Shown here one piece after another: positions 27,409 to 37,407 of a DNA stretch of 64,000 bases. The translations under genes were made by a program, and so were the position numbers. This DNA is from Thermoanaerobaculia bacterium (GTDB taxonomy: Bacteria; Acidobacteriota; Thermoanaerobaculia; UBA5066), in NCBI GenBank assembly GCA_963719225.1, contig CAVRAY010000002.1, positions 576,001 to 640,000 on the forward strand. Direction: 5' to 3'. Position 1 is the first letter of the stretch, and each line of letters begins with the position of its first letter. The notes below the pieces were generated by a model. The model was not told where the DNA came from and did not search any database. It worked only from the letters and a program-made list of their open reading frames with translations.

Positions 27409-27759
27409 TTGGCCGGACGACGCCTAACCGACATCGAACGGATCGCCCGGATGGAAGCCGCCGCGGCGGAGGCCGAGAACGTCCTCCGGATGGCAGACCT
27501 CCCGATCTACGCGAAGGCGGCCGGGCTGCGCAACGCCGTGGCCGCCGGCCTCTCGCCGCCGGCCGCGTTCGTCGAGGACGTGCGCGCGGCGCTCCAGGCG
27601 GAGCTGAGGAAGACCGTCGAGCCGGCGATCCCGGAGGGAATCGACTCCGGGATGACCCGGGCCACGCGGATCACGCTCCGCGGCGTCCTCAAGCGTTTCG
27701 AGGGCGCGTTCGGCGGCCCGGCGGGGATGAGCACCGCGAGGATGCGCCGCGAGAAGTGA
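27409..27759 (+). CDS. Hypothetical protein
   Basis: GGAGG RBS before TTG; typical codon usage; no motif recognised. Confidence 0.55.
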   Translation: MAGRRLTDIERIARMEAAAAEAENVLRMADLPIYAKAAGLRNAVAAGLSPPAAFVEDVRAALQAELRKTVEPAIPEGIDSGMTRATRITLRGVLKRFEGAFGGPAGMSTARMRREK

Positions 27760-27780
27760 CGGCGTGTCGCTGAGCGTCCC

Positions 27781-29951
27781 TCAGTCGGCGCCGGGGCGCT
27801 CGCCGCTGCCGTACAGAGGGGACGTCGCGGGGATCGGCTCGCCGAACACGTAGTGGCCGAACCAGTCGAGGTTGTGCTGGAGAACGGCGCGGTTCGACTT
27901 CGGCTTCGTGATCGGGTGAGAGAAGCCCTTGTAGAGGACGAGGCGGGCCGGGACCCCGGCGTCCACGAGACCTCGATAGAGCTCGAACGAGTTCGGCGGG
28001 GGCACGCGTTTGTCGCTGTCGCCGTGCTGGATGAGCGTGGGCGTCTTCGCGTTCCGGATGTTCGTGATCGGCGAGGTGCTCGCGTAGATCTGCGGGTCCT
28101 CCCAGGGCGTCGCGTGGAGATACTGGCGCGTGAACGGCGTGATGTCCGTGTTCACGTAGTACGTCGTCCAGTCGCTGATGCCGGCCCCGACGGAGATCGC
28201 CTTGAATCGGTCGGTGTGGGTCGTGAGGAAAAAGGAGATGTAGCCGCCCTGCGACCAGCCCATCGATCCCATCCGCGTGCCGTCGACGATTCCCTTCGCG
28301 ATGAGCGCGTCGACCCCGCTCATGACGTCCCACATGTCGCCGATGCCGAGGTTGCGTACGTTGAGCGCACGAAACGCGCCGCCGTAGCCGGCGCTGCCGC
28401 GGTAGTTCGGCTCGAGGACGAGCGCTCCCTTCGCGAGGAACTGCTCGATCGGGTAGTGCGCTTCGCGGCCGGGCGAACCGGCCGCGAGACGCCCGTCGGT
28501 CCGCCGTGGATCACGACGAGAAGCGGGTACTTTCGCGACGAGTCGTAGTCGGCGGGCTTGTGGAGGACGCCCTCGATCGTCGCGCCGTCCCGGCTCTTCC
28601 ACGAGACGAGCTCGACGGTGCCGAGCGTGAAACCCGCGACCTGCGCGTTCATGTCCGTGAGCTTCTTCGGTGCGAAGCCGTCCGCCGCCGTCCTTGCGAC
28701 GAAGACCTCCGGAACGCTCTTCGCGTCGGACGCCGTGAACGCGAGGACCGCGCCGTCCCGCGAGAGGCCGGCGTCTCCGAGAAACAGGCTCTCCGGCGTG
28801 ACGCGCGCGATCGACGCCGTGGCGGGGTCCAGCCGGAAGAGGGCCGCGTGGACGCGCTGTCGGGCGCGGAAGAGGATCCCGGCCTTCGTCCAGTCGAGCA
28901 GGTACGCGTTCTCGTCGAACTTCGGAGTGAGGTCGACGACGTCCTCGGGCTTCGTGGCCGGTTTCTTCAGGACGTCCTCGACGTTCACGCTCGCGATGTG
29001 GTCGTTTGCGTAGAAGAAGTACGGCTGGGCGAGGGAGGTCCCGAACGCGAGCCGGGTCCCGTCGGGAGAGAAGCGCGGGCTCGTGTCCGGCCCGTCGAGC
29101 GCGACGACCTTGTGGACGGCGTTGCCGTGGGCGAGGTCCACGAAGTAGATGTCCGACGTGCCGCCGAAGGAGAGAAGCGGCCTCGACGTCGCGCCGAAGG
29201 CGATGCGCATTCCGTCGGGCGACCAGGCCGCGTCACGGACGTTTGCGCCCGGGTCCGTCACGACCGGGCGGAGCTCCGCCGGCTGTCCGCTCTTCTCGGC
29301 GCCCGCGACGTCGGCGAGCCACAGGTGGTTCTGGCTGAAGTCTTCCTCGAAGACTTCGTATTCGCTGTACCGTTCCTTCCGCTCCTTCGCGGCTTTCGAT
29401 TCCGGAGCGGGCGCGACGACCGCGAGGCGCGTGCCGTCCGGGGACCACCGGAACGAGTCGATCTTCGCGCCGTGGCGGGTGAGCTGCCAGGCCTCGCCGC
29501 CGGTCGGCGAGATGAGCCAGATCTGCCGCGCCTCCGGCTTGGCCTCGTCCTTCTTTCCGTCCTTCTTCCCGGCCTTCTTCTCCTCTTTCGCCTCGGTCTT
29601 CTCATCGAGCGGTGCGACCGTGCTCGATTCGCGTTCGGTGAGGAACGCGATCCAGCGGCCGTCGGGCGACCACTGCGCGCCGTCGCTCGACTTGCGGCCG
29701 CGGGTCAGCGGGAACGACCGGCCCGTCTGCGTGTCGGCGAGCCAGAGATGGGAGACGTACGCGTTCTCCTTCCAGTCCGTCTCGGTGACGTCGTAGCAGA
29801 CGAAGCGGCCGTCCGGCGAGGGCGTCGGCCGCGAGACCGACTCGAGGCTCAGGAGCTGGTCGAGCGTCGGCATGGCGCCGCGGAGGGCCGGCGCGACCGC
29901 GAACGCCAGGACGAGCGTAAACGTGGCATTTCTCCGGAGCGGCGTGGCCAT
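27781..29951 (-). CDS. S9 prolyl oligopeptidase/acylaminoacyl peptidase with PD40 repeats (frameshifted near 28460-28480)
   Basis: WSPDG repeats and IHGGP in one frame; PNYRGS, GWSQGG, QHGDSDKRV, H in another. Confidence 0.88.
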
Positions 29952-30083
29952 GGACTCACCTCCCTCGTCGACCCCGCGATTCTGCATCGGCCGGAGAAGG
30001 GACGGGCGAACCTCGGAAGCGGCTCGACCGCGAGCGGCTTCGGGCAGGTCCCCCGTTTCCGAGCCGGAGGAACCGCCGACCGG

Positions 30084-30737
30084 CTAGCGGAGGGCGAACG
30101 TCACGCCCGCCAGGATCTTCAGGTCGCGCGAGTTGACGGTTCCTCCGGCGGGTCCCGTCTCGAACACGTTCACGAGGCCCACCGAGTAGCGGCCTTCGAG
30201 GAGGAGCCCGGTTCCGCCCTTCAGCCGGTAGTGAAGGCCCGCGCCCGCGTCCAGAGCGATGTCCGTCGCGCGCGTCTGGTCCTGGAAGTCCGCGGTCCCG
30301 GACGCCGTCTCCACGTTCGCCGAAAGGCGGAACCCGACGTTCGGCCCGGCGAAGACGTACGGCCGGAGAGGGCCGGAGCCGAAGGTCAGGGCGGCCGTGA
30401 GGGGCAGCTCCACGTAGTCGAGCCGGTAGGTGGCCCGACCCGCGGCCGAGGAGACCTCGAACCCCTTCTGCGTGTAGAACGCCTCGAGCCGTACGGAGAA
30501 GAGCTCCGAGAACCTGGCCTGTAAGACTCCGCCGCCGAGAAAGCCGGTGCGGTCGGATTTCGAGGAGCCCGGCGGAAGGTCCGGGGCGAGCAGGGCGTTC
30601 GCGAAATTGACGCCGGCCTTCAGGCCCCACGACAGCTCGGGACCCCGGGCGGCCGAAGGCGGCGCCTGGGCAAGGGCCGGGTGACCGAGCAGGATCGGCG
30701 AGACGGCCAGGGTCAGAAGCCGGATGGTCTTGCGCAC
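30084..30737 (-). CDS. Outer-membrane beta-barrel (porin-family) protein
   Basis: Signal peptide, GLKAGVN, YTQKG, LDYVELP, EGRYSVGL, terminal F. Confidence 0.85.
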   Translation of the reverse strand: MRKTIRLLTLAVSPILLGHPALAQAPPSAARGPELSWGLKAGVNFANALLAPDLPPGSSKSDRTGFLGGGVLQARFSELFSVRLEAFYTQKGFEVSSAAGRATYRLDYVELPLTAALTFGSGPLRPYVFAGPNVGFRLSANVETASGTADFQDQTRATDIALDAGAGLHYRLKGGTGLLLEGRYSVGLVNVFETGPAGGTVNSRDLKILAGVTFALR

Positions 30738-30811
30738 GCGAGATCCTCCCCCGCGAGAGGCGGCTCCGGCACGATAGGGTTCGCGGCCCTCTCGCGCTGT
30801 CACGATCGTGC

Positions 30812-31753
30812 TCAGCGGAGTCGTGCGGAGGCGGCGACGAGCCCTTTCATCCGGGCCGTGCGCCGGAAGGCTCCCGGCGTCATGTCGAATTCCCGCCGGA
30901 ACGCGGCGGTGAAGTGGCTGTGGCTGGAGTAGCCGTGGTCGAACGCGACCGCGCTCAGGTCGGCGTCGGGGCTCGCGACACGCTCCAGGGCCGCTCGCAG
31001 CCGAAGCCGGTGGCGATAGCGCGTGATCGTCGTTCCGGTGACGGCCCGGAAGACCCGGCACAGATGAAACGGCGAAGAGCCGACGGCGTCACCGACCTCC
31101 GCGAGTGAGATCGGCTCCTGGAGCTTGAGGGCGAGGAAGGCGCGCGCCGCGTGAACCGCGCTGTGATGACGAGCCCGCAGGGGTCGAAGCGGGGGCGCGC
31201 TCTTCTCCCACCGGCAGGCCGCGGCGGCGACGTCCGCGACGAGAGCGAGCGCCGCCTCGTCGACGTCGAGACGGTCCGAATCGCGTCTCCTCGAGACCCG
31301 GAGGTAGAGGAGTCGCTGGAGCAGGTAGGTGCGCGAGGAACTCGGGCCGGAAGCGGCGAGGAACGGCGCCTCCGGGCGTTCCGTGACCGCCGGGTCGAAT
31401 CTCGACAGCGCCTCGAGGAGAATGTCCGTGCGGACGGCGATCGCGCTCCCGTCGTCGCCCGCTCCGCAGGGATGGCTCGTGCGGTAGGACTCGCCGCCGT
31501 TGAGGAAAAGAACGGTCCCTTGCTCGATCGTGTCGCGCCGGCGGCCCTTGTGAAGCGCGAAGACTCCCTGGTACGGGAAGCCGATCACGTGGACCGGCTG
31601 TCGCTGCTCGCGGCCGAGCGCGGGATCCGTCGGCCGGCACCGGTAGCGCGAGATCTGGACCATCGAGCCGGCGTACAGCCAGTCGATCGAGACGTCCAGG
31701 TCGGGAAGCGGCGGGTTCGTCCCGGTTCGCGGCGGCGCTTCTTGCTCTCGCAC
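30812..31753 (-). CDS. AraC-family transcriptional regulator
   Basis: SPFHLCRVFR..TG, GYSSHSHFTAAFRREF.TP. Confidence 0.93.
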   Translation of the reverse strand: MREQEAPPRTGTNPPLPDLDVSIDWLYAGSMVQISRYRCRPTDPALGREQRQPVHVIGFPYQGVFALHKGRRRDTIEQGTVLFLNGGESYRTSHPCGAGDDGSAIAVRTDILLEALSRFDPAVTERPEAPFLAASGPSSSRTYLLQRLLYLRVSRRRDSDRLDVDEAALALVADVAAAACRWEKSAPPLRPLRARHHSAVHAARAFLALKLQEPISLAEVGDAVGSSPFHLCRVFRAVTGTTITRYRHRLRLRAALERVASPDADLSAVAFDHGYSSHSHFTAAFRREFDMTPGAFRRTARMKGLVAASARLR

Positions 31754-31831
31754 TTACATTGAGTACGCGAGGCGCCATTCGCGGTTTCAGTCGTGCTTCA
31801 CCGTCGCGGGCTCAACTTCTCCCCGGGGGCT

Positions 31832-31921
31832 CGGTGGCGACCATGGCGCAGGCGAGCCCTTCCTTGGCCTCAGGGCTTTCGCCCAAGCTGCCATTGGAAC
31901 CCCTCTCAGAGTTTTCGCCCC
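31832..31921. repeat. Repeat A copy 1 (90 bp; copy 2 at 33034..33123)
   Basis: CGGTGGCGACCAT.GCGCAGGCGAGCCCTTCCTTGGCCTCAGGGCTTTCGCCCAAGCTGCCAT...CTCAGAGT; few mismatches between copies. Confidence 0.95.
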
Positions 31922-31927
31922 GCCCCC

Positions 31928-32020
31928 GAAATCGCGAGGCTTCGCCGTCTCGGGCTCAGCCGTCGGAGGATCGGGATGGAGCTCGGGATCGATGACAAGA
32001 CGGGCGAGAAGGCGTTGCGC
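31928..32020 (+). repeat. Repeat B copy 1 (HTH-like fragment; copy 2 at 32893..32984)
   Basis: Both copies encode EIARLRRLGLSRRRIGMELGIDDK. Confidence 0.9.
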
Positions 32021-32077
32021 CGGCGTACGCTCTCTTGAGCAACGTTCCGAGTCACGAGCGCGCGCCTGGACGCGACG

Positions 32078-32377
32078 TCAGCTGGCCTTCAGGAGAGGTC
32101 TCGGCAGACTCTGAACGTGCCCGGCGGCCTCGTAGAGATCGACAGCCTTCTGCGCGTTCATCCAGAAGTCAGGTGAAGTCCGAAAGGCCGCACCGAGCCT
32201 CAGCGCCATCTCGGCCGTCACGGCGCACCGGCCGTTGACGATGCGGTTCACGACCTTGACGTCGCACCCCAGGTGATCGGCCAGAAGCCTCTGGCTCAGC
32301 CCGAGCGGGACGAGGAACTCCTCGCGGAGGATTTCTCCGGGGGATGTCGGCTTGCGGCGGCGCGTGCGGCCACTCAT
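32078..32377 (-). CDS. higA: HigA antitoxin (HTH-XRE)
   Basis: PTSPGEILREEFL.PLGLSQ..LA, VTAEMALRL..F.TSPDFWMN.Q. Confidence 0.93.
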   Translation of the reverse strand: MSGRTRRRKPTSPGEILREEFLVPLGLSQRLLADHLGCDVKVVNRIVNGRCAVTAEMALRLGAAFRTSPDFWMNAQKAVDLYEAAGHVQSLPRPLLKAS

Positions 32378-32391
32378 TTCCATACCTCCGC

Positions 32392-32682
32392 TCAGTGGTA
32401 GCCCTTGATTGCGACATCCGTCGGGCCGGAGGAGGTCCAACGGAAGACGACTCTCCATTGGTCGTTGATCCGGATGCTGTGGAAACCCAGCAGGTCTCCT
32501 TTCAGAGGCTCGGGACGATTCCCGGGAGGAGAGGCGAGGTCCAATAGCTGAGCCGCATAGTCCAGCACGTCGAGCTTGCGGGACGCGACTTTCGCCACGC
32601 CAGACCACCTCACACCGGGGCCGAGCCGGCCCTGTCCAAAGAACGTCTCCACGACGGCGCTGGCAAAGCCCCGAATCGCCAT
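32392..32682 (-). CDS. higB: HigB toxin (RelE/ParE superfamily)
   Basis: RKLDVL..A..L.DL..PPGNR.E.LKGD..G.HSIRINDQWRVVFRW...YH; toxin-first order. Confidence 0.93.
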   Translation of the reverse strand: MAIRGFASAVVETFFGQGRLGPGVRWSGVAKVASRKLDVLDYAAQLLDLASPPGNRPEPLKGDLLGFHSIRINDQWRVVFRWTSSGPTDVAIKGYH

Positions 32683-32689
32683 CGGACGC

Positions 32690-32719
32690 ACTATACCGTC
32701 AGGAGGTATACCGTGTCAA
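32690..32719 (-). promoter_or_regulatory. higBA promoter and probable operator
   Basis: TTGACA-N18-TATAGT, 7 nt before ATG; ACGGTATA direct repeat and GGTATACC palindrome in the spacer. Confidence 0.75.
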
Positions 32720-32746
32720 GGTATATCGGGCGGGTCCGCGAGGCTC

Positions 32747-32823
32747 GAGAAGGGGGCCGAGGGGGGATCCGTTTTGCGGATCCCCCCTCGATATGGTGGA
32801 CGCGGTCGGAAAGAATTCGAACC
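32747..32823 (-). repeat. Degenerate duplicate of the tmRNA 3' end plus downstream hairpin (att-like scar)
   Basis: GAGAAGGGG-CCGAGGGGGGA..TCCCCCCTCG..TGGTGGA.GCGG..TCGAACC matches 33746..33817. Confidence 0.85.
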
Positions 32824-32892
32824 GCGGCTGAGGTCGCGCTCTCGTTTTCGTTGACCGAGGCTGAAGCCCCCCTCTATCAGAGGCTTGCAATC

Positions 32893-32984
32893 GAGATCGC
32901 GAGGCTGCGCCGTCTCGGGCTCAGCCGTCGTCGGATCGGGATGGAACTCGGGATAGACGACAAGCGGTCGAGAAGGCGCTGCGC
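32893..32984 (+). repeat. Repeat B copy 2, inside a degenerate HTH-like reading frame (WWTRSERIRTAAE..PLYQRLA..)
   Basis: Direct alignment with 31928..32020. Confidence 0.85.
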
Positions 32985-33033
32985 TGGTATCAGAGCCAGG
33001 TCCGTTAAGCGTGGCGGGCTCCTTCCATGGGCG

Positions 33034-33123
33034 CGGTGGCGACCATAGCGCAGGCGAGCCCTTCCTTGGCCTCAGGGCTTTCGCCCAAGCTGCCATCGGA
33101 ACCCTTCTCAGAGTCTTCGCCCC
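33034..33123. repeat. Repeat A copy 2 (includes the last codons of ORF 33108..33350)
   Basis: Direct alignment with 31832..31921. Confidence 0.95.
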
Positions 33124-33350
33124 TTCGCAGGCTGTCCGGACAGCAGGAAAGTCTTCGGGAACTTGCCTTCGCCGCAAACCTTGAACGAACCGAAATCTTT
33201 GTACCAGAGGCCGTCGGGAGCATCGGGCTCGGACTCCCGCCAGACCTTCAATTGATAAAGATCTTCGACGGTGATCTTTCGCTCACGCAGCCGGTCGAAC
33301 AGATGGTTCCGCAGCGCCGGGGGGAGGTTCTCCCATTGGATTTTCGGCAT
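33108..33350 (-). CDS. Small uncharacterised protein, putative toxin
   Basis: 80 aa; TGATG coupling to the upstream RHH-like gene; lower GC. Confidence 0.8.
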   Translation of the reverse strand: MPKIQWENLPPALRNHLFDRLRERKITVEDLYQLKVWRESEPDAPDGLWYKDFGSFKVCGEGKFPKTFLLSGQPAKGRRL

Positions 33351-33607
33351 CAGCCGCCGAAGGTCATGCGGGCGAGGTCTTCCTTGAGGCGTTTCTGTTC
33401 GGCCGTGTCGGATGACCGCGCCAACCGGTCGGCCAGATCGAAGAAGAGCCTCTTCTCGCTCTCTCGGACTTCAAGGCCAGCCTCGATGAGGTCAACGACA
33501 ACGCGATTCGCACTCGTCTTCTTCGTCTTCGCCAGGGCCTTCACGCGGCGGGCGACTCGAGGCGGAAGGCTGACGCTCTGGCGGACCGGCTTTTCCAGTG
33601 TTGCCAT
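33350..33607 (-). CDS. Ribbon-helix-helix-like protein, putative antitoxin
   Basis: RQSVSLP strand followed by two helices; TATTCT 6 nt upstream of ATG. Confidence 0.8.
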   Translation of the reverse strand: MATLEKPVRQSVSLPPRVARRVKALAKTKKTSANRVVVDLIEAGLEVRESEKRLFFDLADRLARSSDTAEQKRLKEDLARMTFGG

Positions 33608-33755
33608 GCGAGCAGAATACACCAGAATGAAGCGGCTTGCACCATGGGTCTGCAGCGCCTATGCCCCCGGCCGAACGCGCGTGCGCCATCGTGAACGCCT
33701 GAGCGCTGCCGAGCGCGCCCGCATCGTCGCCAGAACGTTCTCGGTGAGAAGGGGC

Positions 33756-33787
33756 CGAGGGGGGACCCGTTTCCGGATCCCCCCTCG
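33756..33787 (-). terminator. Hairpin downstream of tmRNA
   Basis: CGAGGGGGGA/TCCCCCCTCG stem; weak U tract. Confidence 0.6.
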
Positions 33788-33792
33788 AAGTG

Positions 33793-34153
33793 TGGTGGAG
33801 GCGGGGGGAGTCGAACCCCCGTCCGAAGCGCCCGAACGTCGAGATTCTCCACGCTCAGTCCGGACTTGTTTTTTTAACCGCCGCGTCTTCAGGTCCGGAC
33901 GACCGGGCGCGGAAGCGATCCTGAAACTCTCGGTCCGACCCTTCAGGCGGCGGGGTCGGCCCCAGCCCGGATTTCGCGTCAAGCGCCGAGGCGCCCCGGA
34001 CAGGCTCCCCGGCGCCCGCCGTGGCTAATTAAGCCGCGAGAGCGAGTTCGCTGTTGTTGGCAGCTAGTTTTTGACCGTCGTTTTTACGAGCGAACGGCCG
34101 TGCTCGGCGTGCTCCTCGATCGCTGAATGCCCCGTCGAAACCGGGACGCCCCC
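33793..34153 (-). ncRNA. ssrA: tmRNA, tag peptide ANNSELALAA
   Basis: 5' GGGGGCG..GGTTTCGACGGGG; 3' GGTTCGACTCCCCCCGCCTCCACCA with G3:U pair; internal tag frame ends in TAA. Confidence 0.97.
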
Positions 34154-34222
34154 GACCGTGACCCACGAGGATATCAGGTCGGCCGCCGCGCGGAAAAGGG
34201 CCGGAGTCGCCATAATTCACGG

Positions 34223-35746
34223 GTGACGCGCGCGCCGCTCCGGCTTCTCGCCCTTCTCGTCGCGGCGGCGCTCTCCTCCCCCGCGGCGGGAGCCGGGCCC
34301 GTGCCGGCCGCGGACGCGACGCTCGTACGCGACGGCAAGCCGCCCGCGCCGCTCCGCGCCGAGGAACGCGACGGCAAGACGCTCCTCCTCGTGAACGACG
34401 CCGTCGCGGGCCTCGAGGGCACCATCGCGTGGGACGAGAGGACGCGCTCGTACGAGGTGAGAATCAAGGGCCGTACGGCCGTCTTCGGCGTCGACGCTCC
34501 GATCGCGGTCGTGGACACCCGCGTCGTCGCCCTCGCGGCGCCCGTCCGGGCGGGAGCCGCCGGCGCGTGGGCCGAGCCGGACTTCTTCGTGAGGGTCTTC
34601 GGGCCGCTCACGGGCCAGTCGCTCGTGTGGGACAAGGCGGCGCGCACGCTCTCCGCGCGCAAATCCGAGGTCCTCGACGTCGCCGTCGAGGCCTCGGTCG
34701 CGGAGCTCGGCGAGCTCACGAAGGTCGTCCTGAGGTTCTCGCAGTCGCCCTCGTACGCCGTCGAGACGACGCCGGACCAGGTCGTCCTCCACTTCCCGGG
34801 CGCCCGCGTGACGTCGCCGTCGCCCGAGCGGGTTCTGGACTCGCCGCGCGTCGCGCGCCTTCTCGTGCGCGGGGGGGAGGTCACGGTCGTCTTCCGCGAG
34901 AAGGGACTCTCCGCGAACGTCTACGCGCTCGGGACTCCGCCGCGCCTCGTCGTCGACGTCTCGCCTCCCGCGGGGACCGCCGCCGCGGCCCCGGTGCCCG
35001 TCCCCGCGCTCGCGGCGCCGAAGGCCCTGAAGACGATCGTGATCGACCCGGGCCACGGGGGCACCGAGGAGGGCGCGAAGGGCCCGGGCGGCTCGCTCGA
35101 GAAGGACGCGACGCTCGCGCTCGCGAAGACGCTCCAGGAGACGCTGCAACACCGGGGATACCGCGTCCTCCTGACGCGGTCGTCGGACGCGACCGTCGGC
35201 CTCGACGACCGCGCCGCCGCCGCGAACGCCGCGAAGGCGGACGTCTTTCTCTCGCTGCACTGCAACGCCTCGCGCGCCGCGTCGGCCCACGGGACCGAGG
35301 TCTACTACCTGTCGCTCGACGCCTCCGACCGCGCGGCCGCGGCGCTCGCGGAGAGCGAGAACCGCGTCCCCGAGGGCACACCGAGCGCCGACAAGAACGC
35401 GGCGGTCCGGGACCTGGACCTCATCCTGTGGGACCTCGCCCAGAACCAGCACCTCGCCGCGTCGGCGCGTCTCGCCGAGATCGTGCAGGCCGACTTCAAC
35501 CGGCTGCTCGGAATCACGACGCGGGGCGTCAAGCAGGCGCCGTTCCGCGTCCTCGTCGGCGTGAACGCGCCGGCCGTCCTCGTCGAGGTGTCGTTCATCA
35601 CGAACCCGGACGAGGAGCGGAAGCTCACGTCCGACGAGTTCCGGCGGCAGGTCGCCGACACGCTCGCGGGCAGCCTCGAGACGTACTTCCGGACAGCCGA
35701 CGGCGTGGCCCCGGTCCCCTACGCGCCGAAAGCCGGCAAGAGCTGA
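34223..35746 (+). CDS. N-acetylmuramoyl-L-alanine amidase (AMIN + Amidase_3)
   Basis: IVIDPGHGG, EKD, FLSLHCNA, PAVLVEVSFITN; signal peptide. Confidence 0.93.
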   Translation: MTRAPLRLLALLVAAALSSPAAGAGPVPAADATLVRDGKPPAPLRAEERDGKTLLLVNDAVAGLEGTIAWDERTRSYEVRIKGRTAVFGVDAPIAVVDTRVVALAAPVRAGAAGAWAEPDFFVRVFGPLTGQSLVWDKAARTLSARKSEVLDVAVEASVAELGELTKVVLRFSQSPSYAVETTPDQVVLHFPGARVTSPSPERVLDSPRVARLLVRGGEVTVVFREKGLSANVYALGTPPRLVVDVSPPAGTAAAAPVPVPALAAPKALKTIVIDPGHGGTEEGAKGPGGSLEKDATLALAKTLQETLQHRGYRVLLTRSSDATVGLDDRAAAANAAKADVFLSLHCNASRAASAHGTEVYYLSLDASDRAAAALAESENRVPEGTPSADKNAAVRDLDLILWDLAQNQHLAASARLAEIVQADFNRLLGITTRGVKQAPFRVLVGVNAPAVLVEVSFITNPDEERKLTSDEFRRQVADTLAGSLETYFRTADGVAPVPYAPKAGKS

Positions 35747-35752
35747 GGCTCC

Positions 35753-36547
35753 GTGGCCCGCCGTTTCGCGCTCGCGCTCGTCGCGATCCTCGCCCTGCTC
35801 CTCGCCGCGTTCCTCGCGATGCGCTCCCTGCGCGCCCCGAAGCCGGGCGTCGTGGCCGCGCCCGCCCCGCGCCCGACGGCCGTCGTCCCGCCCACGCCGA
35901 TTCCCGCCCGAAACGTGACGCTCTTCTTCGAGTCGATCGCCGGAGACGGCGTTCTTCGTCCCGAGTCGCGCGACGTCCCCGCGGCGTCCGACGACGTCGC
36001 GTTCCTGCGTTCGGTGGCGGCGGCCGTCGTCGAGGGGCCGCGCAGCCCCGACCTCATGCCGCCGTTCCCGGACGGCTGGACACTGCGCGGCGCGTACCTC
36101 CTGCGCGACGGCGTCGCGGTGCTCGACCTGGCCCCGCCGCGCGTGCCGGCCCCGCCCGAGCGGCCCGCTGCGGCGCCCGGAGCGACTCCGGTGCCCGTTC
36201 CCGCCGTCCTGGCGCCGCCCGTCTACGTGAAGTGGCAGGCCGGGTCCCACGAGGAAGACACGGCCGTCCAGGCGCTCGCCGTGACGGTCGGCAGGAACAT
36301 GACGGACGTGACGCGCGTGATCCTCGTCGTGGGAGGCGAGCCCGCCGAGACGCTCGCGGGCCACGTGGACCTCGGGCACCCGATCGCGCCCGACTTCACG
36401 CGCGTCGCCGAGGAGACGCCGCGTCCGGCGCGCCCTCCCGCGCCGACGGCCGCCCCGACTCCCGAGCCGACGGCGGCGCCGGTGCCCGCGCCTTCGCGTA
36501 CGCCGAAACAGCGGCCTCCCGTACGGCCGCGCGGGGAAAAGACGTGA
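35753..36547 (+). CDS. GerMN-domain protein
   Basis: TM anchor, VTLFF..L.PE.R, GS..E, ETLAGHVDL; position between amidase and murI. Confidence 0.8.
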   Translation: MARRFALALVAILALLLAAFLAMRSLRAPKPGVVAAPAPRPTAVVPPTPIPARNVTLFFESIAGDGVLRPESRDVPAASDDVAFLRSVAAAVVEGPRSPDLMPPFPDGWTLRGAYLLRDGVAVLDLAPPRVPAPPERPAAAPGATPVPVPAVLAPPVYVKWQAGSHEEDTAVQALAVTVGRNMTDVTRVILVVGGEPAETLAGHVDLGHPIAPDFTRVAEETPRPARPPAPTAAPTPEPTAAPVPAPSRTPKQRPPVRPRGEKT

Positions 36548-37371
36548 GCGACGACCGGCCCATCGGCCTCTTCGACTCGGGCGTCGGCGGGCTCACGGTC
36601 CTCGACGCCGTCGCCCGCCGGCTCCCCCACGAGCGGCTCCTGTACCTCGGCGACACGGCGCGGCTTCCCTACGGGACGAAGTCGGCGGAGACGGTTCGCC
36701 GCTACGCGCGACGCGCGATCGGCTTTCTGCTCGATCACGGTGTCAAGGCCGTCGTCGTCGCCTGCAACACGGCTTCGGCGCTCGCTCTCGACACGATCGT
36801 CGAGATGTCGCCCGTTCCCGTGATCGGCGTCGTCGCGCCGGGGGCGGGCGCGGCGGTCGCCGAGGCGCTCCGGCGCGAGGCCGCGGGCGCCGGGCGCGGG
36901 CCGATCGCGGTGCTCGCGACGGAGGCGACGGTCGCGTCGGACGCGTACGGGCGCGCGATCCGCGCGCTGGACCCGGGCCGGGAGGTCCTCCACACGGCCT
37001 GCCCGCTCTTCGTGCCGCTCGCCGAGGAGGGCTGGACGGAGAACGACGTCGCCCGCGCCGCGGCCGTGCACTATCTCGGCGCCGTGGGCGCCTCGGGTGC
37101 CCGCGTCGTCGTCCTCGGCTGCACGCACTACCCGCTTCTCGCGGCGACGATCGCGCGGGCGCTGCCGGCCGGGACGGCGCTCGTCGACTCCGCACACGCC
37201 GCCGCGGACGCGCTCGAGGGCGCGCTCGGGAGCGAGGCGCGTCGCGCCGTCACGGAGTCCGGCGAGACGCGGATCCTCGTGACGGACGCTTCGGATCGCC
37301 TGCGCCGCGTCGCGGGCCGCTTCCTCGGCCGCGCCGCGGCGGACCTCTCGCTCGTCGACCTGCCGTCCTGA
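36544..37371 (+). CDS. murI: Glutamate racemase
   Basis: FDSGVGG, PYGTKS, ACNTAS, LGCTHYP. Confidence 0.97.
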   Translation: MSDDRPIGLFDSGVGGLTVLDAVARRLPHERLLYLGDTARLPYGTKSAETVRRYARRAIGFLLDHGVKAVVVACNTASALALDTIVEMSPVPVIGVVAPGAGAAVAEALRREAAGAGRGPIAVLATEATVASDAYGRAIRALDPGREVLHTACPLFVPLAEEGWTENDVARAAAVHYLGAVGASGARVVVLGCTHYPLLAATIARALPAGTALVDSAHAAADALEGALGSEARRAVTESGETRILVTDASDRLRRVAGRFLGRAAADLSLVDLPS

Positions 37372-37407
37372 CGCGCTCCGGCGGAGTCGTGGGAGCAGAA
37401 TCGCCCC

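Noticed and set aside
31832-33800. CRISPR array or integron attC sites
   Set aside because: Repeats are 60-90 bp, two copies each and irregularly spaced; no cas or intI gene and no clear GTTRRRY/RYYYAAC ends.
34029-34220. 63-aa ORF ending ANNSELALAA
   Set aside because: This is the tmRNA tag frame, not an independent gene.
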